DNA of 32,000 nt from Corynebacterium glutamicum ATCC 13032 (GTDB taxonomy: Bacteria > Actinomycetota > Actinomycetes > Mycobacteriales > Mycobacteriaceae): contig NC_003450.3 in NCBI RefSeq assembly GCF_000011325.1, forward strand, positions 2,250,001-2,282,000, in the 5' to 3' direction. Both the position numbers and the translations under genes were made by a program. A model generated the notes under the pieces. That model saw nothing but the letters and a program-made list of their open reading frames with translations. It made no database searches and was not told the DNA's origin. Positions within the stretch are counted from its first letter, which is position 1, and each line of letters begins with the position of its first letter. Below, piece after piece: positions 26,879 through 32,000 of the stretch.

Positions 26879-27337
26879 TTAGCGGATGCGTGCGGCGCGC
26901 TCGAGCTCGGAAGTGCTGATGTTGGACAGCTCTGGAACGACAGCGAAGGTGACGCTGTCAATCTTCTGCATCTTGCCACGCAATGCGAAGCACAGGCCTG
27001 CAGCGAAGTCCACAATGCGGCGTGCTTCCTCACGGGAAAGCAAGCTCATGTCGAAAACAACTGCGTCGCCGTCGCGAAATGCTCCACCAATAACCTGAGC
27101 GTCTTCAAAGGAATGAAGCTCTACTGGAACGATGGTGGACTGGTAAGAGCGAGGTGCTGGCGATGGAGCAACAGGGGCTGGTGCCTCTGGTGCATAGCCG
27201 TAGTCACGCTCACGGTATTCAGGTGCGTACGCAGCGGTGCCCTCGTAACGTGGTTCATCTGCATAGTAAGCATCCTCGTGCTCCGCTTCGTATGGAGCGA
27301 GTCCGAAGAATTCTTTAGTCTTCTTGAGCATGGACAT
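26879..27337 (-). CDS. sepF: Cell division protein SepF
   Basis: The N-terminal membrane-targeting helix MSMLKKTKEFFGL is followed by a Pro/Ala-rich linker. The conserved C-terminal domain follows (VPVELHSFEDAQVIGGAFRDGDAVVFDM...RIVDFAAGL). Confidence 0.92.
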   Translation of the reverse strand: MSMLKKTKEFFGLAPYEAEHEDAYYADEPRYEGTAAYAPEYRERDYGYAPEAPAPVAPSPAPRSYQSTIVPVELHSFEDAQVIGGAFRDGDAVVFDMSLLSREEARRIVDFAAGLCFALRGKMQKIDSVTFAVVPELSNISTSELERAARIR

Positions 27338-27413
27338 GGCAGTTTCCCTTCACCTGGAATGTCTTAAATTTCATGTGCAGCTGGGGTGCTCGTCACACCC
27401 TTAACTTGATTTT

Positions 27414-28118
27414 CTACGCTAGCGGTCGGTTCCCAAGAATTTCAGTTCCGACACGCACGATTGTTGAGCCGTGTTTAATCGCAGCAACTAGGTCTCCAGA
27501 CATACCTGCCGAAAATTCCAAAGACCTGTCAAAGTGTTCCTCTAAACCTGAAAGTACGTCTCTTGCCTGGGAAAAAGCTTTTTCAGGGCCCCAACCAAGC
27601 GGTGGGACGCACATGAGGCCCTCAAAACGCAGATGTGTGGTGTCACTGATGCAATCGGCAAGTTGTGTGACCTGGCTCAATGGAGTTCCACCTCGGCTCG
27701 GGTCACCATCCAAACTCAGTTGAATAAAACACGGAAGCTCGTCACTGGTGCGGTCGCCTCTATCCAATGCAAGGGCTACTCCCCTGCCCAATGCTTCGGC
27801 GATTTTCTCGCTATCAACGGAGTGCACTGCAGCTGCCCACCTGGCGATCGAGTTGGCTTTCTTTGATTGGATTTGGCCAATCATATGAAAGTCCATGTCG
27901 GGAAGTTCGAGTGCTTTGGCGCGTGCTTCTTGTTCGCGGTTCTCTCCCACTGCGGTGACACCAAACTCTTGTAAGATCTTGATGTCTTCCACGGGGTGGA
28001 ATTTGGTGACCGGCAACAGACGTACACTGCCCTCGGGGCGGTTGTGTTCGTTGAGGGTCGCGTCGATACGCGCTTGCACCTGCTGCAGTCGTACCTGCAG
28101 CTCTTCGCGGCGCTCCAA
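27414..28118 (-). CDS. yggS: YggS-family PLP-binding protein (PLP homeostasis)
   Basis: The motifs VTKFHP, GENREQEA, HMIGQIQSKKA and GMSGD are present. I place the start at the TTG at 28118 because AAAGGAGG lies 6 nt upstream. The track ORF (to 28229) would overlap pgeF by 110 nt with a non-conserved N-terminus. Confidence 0.9.
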   Translation of the reverse strand: MERREELQVRLQQVQARIDATLNEHNRPEGSVRLLPVTKFHPVEDIKILQEFGVTAVGENREQEARAKALELPDMDFHMIGQIQSKKANSIARWAAAVHSVDSEKIAEALGRGVALALDRGDRTSDELPCFIQLSLDGDPSRGGTPLSQVTQLADCISDTTHLRFEGLMCVPPLGWGPEKAFSQARDVLSGLEEHFDRSLEFSAGMSGDLVAAIKHGSTIVRVGTEILGNRPLA

Positions 28119-28119
28119 T

Positions 28120-28860
28120 TTATGCCTCCTTTGGCAGCCACACCACGCCGGCCTGGCGGCCTGTCGTGCCTTCGCGGCGGTAAGAAAACAGATCTTCGTC
28201 TTCGATGGTGCAGCGTGGATCAGAATCAATCATTTGCACACCCAGGCTGAGCATTTGACGCAGCAGCCCTGCGCGGATGTCCAGTCCTGTGGTGCCTTTT
28301 GTCGTACGCGCAATGGAACCTGGAAGTTTGGCTTCCACATCGCGCGCCATGGCCTCTGGGACCTCGTAGTTCGCACCCGATGCCGCTGCACCCATGAGCG
28401 CATGAATGCGGCTGGGTTTCGCGCCGAGCTCCTCCATCTTCGCAATGGTTTTAGCTACGATGCCATTGCGGGCTCCCATGCGGCCTGCATGCACTGCCGC
28501 AATCACGCCAGCGTCGGTGTCTGACAGCAGCACTGGCACGCAATCAGCAACCAAAACGGCCAGCGCTAGCCCTCGTTGCGTGGTCACTAGCGCATCGGTG
28601 GCCTCTACAGCCTGGCCATCCGCTGGGGCTTCATCAATGACTGTGACGGTATTGGAATGAATTTGCTCCATGTACACCACCTTGTCTGGGGACAAACCGA
28701 TGATGTCAGCCAAGCGATTGCGGTTGGATGCCACAGCTTGAGGATCGTCGCCGACGTGATCACCAAGGTTGAAGGAAGCATACGGGGACTGCGAAACCCC
28801 GCCGGCACGGGTCGTGAAGACCTTGCGGACGGGGCGGTTGCGGGGGTCAAGACTATCCAT
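28120..28860 (-). CDS. pgeF: YfiH/PgeF family (DUF152) multicopper-oxidase-like / peptidoglycan editing factor
   Basis: The motifs QIHSNTV, ADCVPVLL and HAGRMG appear in the order typical of YfiH. The gene sits directly downstream of ftsZ. Confidence 0.9.
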   Translation of the reverse strand: MDSLDPRNRPVRKVFTTRAGGVSQSPYASFNLGDHVGDDPQAVASNRNRLADIIGLSPDKVVYMEQIHSNTVTVIDEAPADGQAVEATDALVTTQRGLALAVLVADCVPVLLSDTDAGVIAAVHAGRMGARNGIVAKTIAKMEELGAKPSRIHALMGAAASGANYEVPEAMARDVEAKLPGSIARTTKGTTGLDIRAGLLRQMLSLGVQMIDSDPRCTIEDEDLFSYRREGTTGRQAGVVWLPKEA

Positions 28861-28887
28861 AGTGGATAAGTCTATTCTCCTTCTTAA

Positions 28888-30216
28888 TTACTGGAGGAAG
28901 CTGGGTACATCCAGGTCGTCTCCGCGGTCATCGCGGCGATCGTCACGACGATCATCACGGCGGTCGTAGGAACGGTCATCGCGGCGCTCATCGCGGCGCT
29001 CGTCACGGTGATCTTCGCGGCGCTCATCACGACGGTAATCGCGATCATTGCCGGTGGTGAAGAGTCCACCGCCGGAGCGGGTCTCCTCAATGCGATGACG
29101 TGCACCAGCAGAGCGGGACAGGTAAGGATCGTTCTCCTCACGTGCACCACCGAAGATGCTTTCCTTCTCTGGTGGAAGGGTTGCGTTGGTGGTTGGGACC
29201 TGCTGCTGGACTGGCTCAGCTGCAGGTGCAGCTGAGATGCCTGCGCGGCGGTTCTCAGCGGCGCTTGCGCGAGCTGCGTCAAAACCGGTCGCGATGACGG
29301 TTACGCGGACTTCGTCGCCCAGGTTGTCGTCGATGATGGTACCGAAGATGAGGTTGACATCTTCATCGGAACGCTCACGGACCATGGATGCAGCTGCGTT
29401 GACTTCCATGAGGCCCAGGTCGGATCCACCAGCAAAGGACAGCAGGACGCCAGTTGCGCCGTCCATTGTTGCTTCGAGAAGTGGAGAGTTGATGGCCTGC
29501 TCGGTTGCAGAGACAACGCGGTTGTCCCCACGTGCAGAGCCCACACCCATGAGTGCGGAACCAGCTTCGGACATGACGGAGCGAACGTCCGCGAAGTCCA
29601 CGTTGATCACACCAGGGATGGTGATCAGGTTGGTAATACCCTGAACACCATTGTGGAGAACTTCATCGGCTGCGCGGAACGCTTCCATGATGGACAGGTT
29701 CGCATCGCCCAGCTCAAGCAGGCGGTCGTTTGGAATAACGATGAGGGTGTCGCAGACCTCCTTCAGTGCTGCGATGCCTTCTTCTGCCTGGCGAGTACGG
29801 CGACGGCCTTCGAACTCGAAAGGCTTGGTCACAACACCAATGGTCAGTGCGCCCATCTTCTTGGCGATCCCTGCCACGACTGGTGCAGCACCAGTTCCGG
29901 TGCCACCACCTTCGCCGGCGGTAACGAAGACCATGTCGGCGCCCTTGATGGTTTCTTCGATTTCGTTCTTGTGATCCTCTGCCGAGGCACGTCCAACTTC
30001 TGGGTTCGCGCCGGCACCAAGACCACGGGTAGCTTCACGTCCGATATCGAGCTTTACGTCGGCATCAGAGAACATGAGAGCCTGCGAGTCGGTGTTCACC
30101 GCGATGAACTCCACGCCTTTGAGGCCTTCTTCAATCATGCGGTTGACGGCGTTGACTCCGCCGCCGCCCACGCCGACGACCTTAATCTTGGCGAGGTAGT
30201 TGTTCGGTGAGGTCAT
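28888..30216 (-). CDS. ftsZ: Cell division GTPase FtsZ
   Basis: The tubulin signature [13 protein letters not shown] is present, along with [14 protein letters not shown] and NVDFADV. The C-terminal peptide is [10 protein letters not shown]. Confidence 0.98.
   Translation of the reverse strand: MTSPNNYLAKIKVVGVGGGGVNAVNRMIEEGLKGVEFIAVNTDSQALMFSDADVKLDIGREATRGLGAGANPEVGRASAEDHKNEIEETIKGADMVFVTAGEGGGTGTGAAPVVAGIAKKMGALTIGVVTKPFEFEGRRRTRQAEEGIAALKEVCDTLIVIPNDRLLELGDANLSIMEAFRAADEVLHNGVQGITNLITIPGVINVDFADVRSVMSEAGSALMGVGSARGDNRVVSATEQAINSPLLEATMDGATGVLLSFAGGSDLGLMEVNAAASMVRERSDEDVNLIFGTIIDDNLGDEVRVTVIATGFDAARASAAENRRAGISAAPAAEPVQQQVPTTNATLPPEKESIFGGAREENDPYLSRSAGARHRIEETRSGGGLFTTGNDRDYRRDERREDHRDERRDERRDDRSYDRRDDRRDDRRDDRGDDLDVPSFLQ
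28915..29040 (-). repeat. Imperfect 12-nt tandem repeats encoding the (D-D/E-R-R)n linker of FtsZ
   Basis: The coding strand reads GACGAGCGCCGC GATGAGCGCCGC GATGACCGT... GATGATCGTCGT GACGATCGCCGC GATGACCGCGGA. It translates to [42 protein letters not shown]. Confidence 0.75.
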
Positions 30217-30467
30217 TGTCGATGTCTCGCCTTTCGAAGAGTTGATACTAAAAAAAATTTTGCTTTTATTTTCATCTCAGATAAGCAGTCAGCACTGTGA
30301 GAGCTTATCTAAAAGTGTTAATCCGGCTGACATATATCTTGTGCGAAAAACACGTCAATGTGTCGGACATTTACAGCGGCGTGTCGCTACCCTCAACCTT
30401 TACTTTAGGGTTGTTGAGGTGGGCAAACGCGTTGTGGAAACGGGTGAACCGGAACTACCCAGCCACT

Positions 30468-31136
30468 TTAGCGGACTGTCACCATTGAGGGTGAGCTAAT
30501 GTTCCAACGTTGGCCTTCCCGCTTCAAAACAGTCGACATTGCCACCGCTTTATCGTGGTTGTTTTCCGAGGATCCCCAGTAGATTTCCCGGCCATCATTC
30601 ATTTTCAGCAAGATATCAAATTGATCCGGAGCTTCCACTACCTGGATACTTTCTGTCATCTGCGCATCTTGCGCTTTAATTGCGTTGATTACAGCAATAA
30701 CCGCAGGAAGCACTTCTGAGTTTCCTTCATCCGCGCCAGAAACTTCTACTGTTCCCACCGGGGGTGTTCCAATGATAATTTCTTTACCCTCGGTGTCAAT
30801 GACATGGTCACCATCAGCACGCTTGATGAACACTGCAGGCTCACGCTCTGTCAGCTCCACGGTGATGGTGCTTGGCAGGGCACGGTTAACGGTCACCGAT
30901 TTCACCCAGGGCAATTCCACAATGTTTTGCCCTGCTGCAGTCGCATCGACGCGGAAGAGGTTTTCGCCCTCAACAATCCCGGAGACTTCCAGTACTTGAT
31001 CCGGATCTGTGCGCGTTGCACCGGTTACTTCAATGTTTCCCACCTTGAGGATGGGAACGAACCAGGCAACAACGCCCAGGATTGCCACGAGGACAACAAC
31101 CACACCCACAACAATGGCGATGACTTTTTTGTTCAC
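30468..31136 (-). CDS. ftsQ: Cell division protein FtsQ (POTRA domain)
   Basis: It has a short cytoplasmic N-terminus, one TM helix (VIAIVVGVVVVLVAILGVVAWFV) and a POTRA-like segment (KVGNIEVTGATRTD). It lies between murC and ftsZ. Confidence 0.9.
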   Translation of the reverse strand: MNKKVIAIVVGVVVVLVAILGVVAWFVPILKVGNIEVTGATRTDPDQVLEVSGIVEGENLFRVDATAAGQNIVELPWVKSVTVNRALPSTITVELTEREPAVFIKRADGDHVIDTEGKEIIIGTPPVGTVEVSGADEGNSEVLPAVIAVINAIKAQDAQMTESIQVVEAPDQFDILLKMNDGREIYWGSSENNHDKAVAMSTVLKREGQRWNISSPSMVTVR

Positions 31137-31163
31137 GCTAGTCCTGCCTTGTTCACTTACGTC

Positions 31164-32000
31164 CTAATTGTTTTGCAGCTGATCCAGGATTTCTGGAGCA
31201 AGCATGGTCACGGAACCTGCACCCATGGTGAGCACGATGTCATTAGGTCCTGCGATTTCTGCAATGCGTTCTGGGACTGCAGAGAAATTAGGTTCGTACA
31301 CCACTGGAATGGTCATCGCATCGGTGATGATTTCCGAGGACACGCCATCCACCGGTTGTTCGCGCGCTCCGTAAATCTCAAGCACCACGGCAGCGTCTGC
31401 CAGTGACAGTGCCCCCGCGAACTCCTTTTGGAATTCTATGGTGCGTGAGTATAAATGTGGTTGGAACGCGACGATGACACGGCCCTTTCCAGCGGCCTTC
31501 ACCCGGGTGCGCGCAGCGCTGAGCACTGCAGTTACTTCCGTTGGGTGGTGTGCGTAATCATCATAAATAGCAGCGCCATTAAATTTGCCGCCCTCGATAG
31601 CACCGTGGAACTCAAAGCGGCGTCGCACGCCGGAGAAATCCGACAAGCCTTCAACAAGCTTGTCGACGTCCCCACCCACCAGGTATCCGGCCAGCAGGGC
31701 GGCTGCACCGTTGAGTACCATGTGATCACCAGGGATTTGAAGAATCACAGATACTTCCTGTCCATCGATGTTGATGGTGGCGCGGGTGCCTTCTGCGACA
31801 ACTTGGGAATCCACGATGGTAGCCATCGCTGGAACCTCAGGGTGTGCCTGTACGGCGTCAGCGGTACCGTAACCAACAGTCTTGATACCCTTGCGGACAG
31901 ACCTCTCCCCCAGCTCCGCTGCGTGAGGATCGTTCAGGCACACAACCAGCTTGCCGTTCGGGGTGATGCGTCCTGCGAAATCGTCGAACACTTGGAAGTA
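31164..32000 (-). CDS. murC: UDP-N-acetylmuramate--L-alanine ligase, C-terminal part (gene continues past the right edge)
   Basis: The Mur ligase C-terminal domain motifs DDYAHHPTEV and LTMGAGS are present. The reading frame stays open upstream of the first listed Met to the window edge. Confidence 0.93.
   Translation of the reverse strand, partial: YFQVFDDFAGRITPNGKLVVCLNDPHAAELGERSVRKGIKTVGYGTADAVQAHPEVPAMATIVDSQVVAEGTRATINIDGQEVSVILQIPGDHMVLNGAAALLAGYLVGGDVDKLVEGLSDFSGVRRRFEFHGAIEGGKFNGAAIYDDYAHHPTEVTAVLSAARTRVKAAGKGRVIVAFQPHLYSRTIEFQKEFAGALSLADAAVVLEIYGAREQPVDGVSSEIITDAMTIPVVYEPNFSAVPERIAEIAGPNDIVLTMGAGSVTMLAPEILDQLQNN

Noticed and set aside
28119-28229. The track offers an extended N-terminus for yggS that overlaps pgeF by 110 nt.
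   Set aside because: The extension is Arg/Cys-rich and non-conserved. A TTG at 28118 with a near-perfect AAAGGAGG SD directly follows the pgeF stop and yields a normal 234-aa YggS.
28884-29644. Overlapping out-of-frame ORFs lie inside the ftsZ 3' half. I also considered whether the short repeats at 28915-29040 could be a CRISPR-like array.
   Set aside because: The repeats are 12-nt, in-frame codon repeats within FtsZ. They have no spacers of unique sequence and there are no cas genes. The overlapping ORFs are shadows.

Overview
This is an actinobacterial chromosomal window. The proteins look like Corynebacterium, probably C. glutamicum or a close relative; that is recognition from memory and is not verified. 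Almost all real genes are on the minus strand, and most plus-strand ORFs in the track are antisense shadows of GC-rich genes. The core backbone, read right to left, is the tail of the dcw cell-division cluster (murC', ftsQ, ftsZ, pgeF/yfiH, yggS, sepF, yggT, divIVA). It is followed by a small membrane ORF, ileS with a T-box leader, a HEAT-repeat protein/MerR-HEAT regulator/EamA exporter operon, and dinB. Next come ansA (plus strand), a lipoprotein, an ABC-F ATPase (plus strand), another lipoprotein (plus strand), lspA-rluD-hypothetical, and at the far left the N-terminal part of dnaE1. Between dnaE1 and the lspA operon (about 1.9-9.4 kb) lies a visibly lower-GC accessory block. By hand count, single 60-nt lines there are about 45-47% GC, against about 58-63% in the flanks. 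The block carries rarD, a truncated SBP-like lipoprotein translationally coupled to a CDF transporter, and an SDR oxidoreductase. Its most interesting content is an insulated two-gene cassette: an SbnA/CysK-like fold-type-II PLP enzyme overlapping an 884-aa fusion of an FAD/NAD(P)-binding domain with a fold-type-III PLP decarboxylase-like domain. I read this cassette as an orphan small-molecule (non-proteinogenic amino acid or diamine) pathway of unknown product. A second notable item is a textbook MerR-type promoter (19-bp spacer filled by a 19-bp dyad) in front of the HEAT/MerR-HEAT/exporter operon. I found no rRNA, tRNA, CRISPR, transposase or integrase. Nothing was run computationally; all calls come from reading the sequence and the supplied ORF track.
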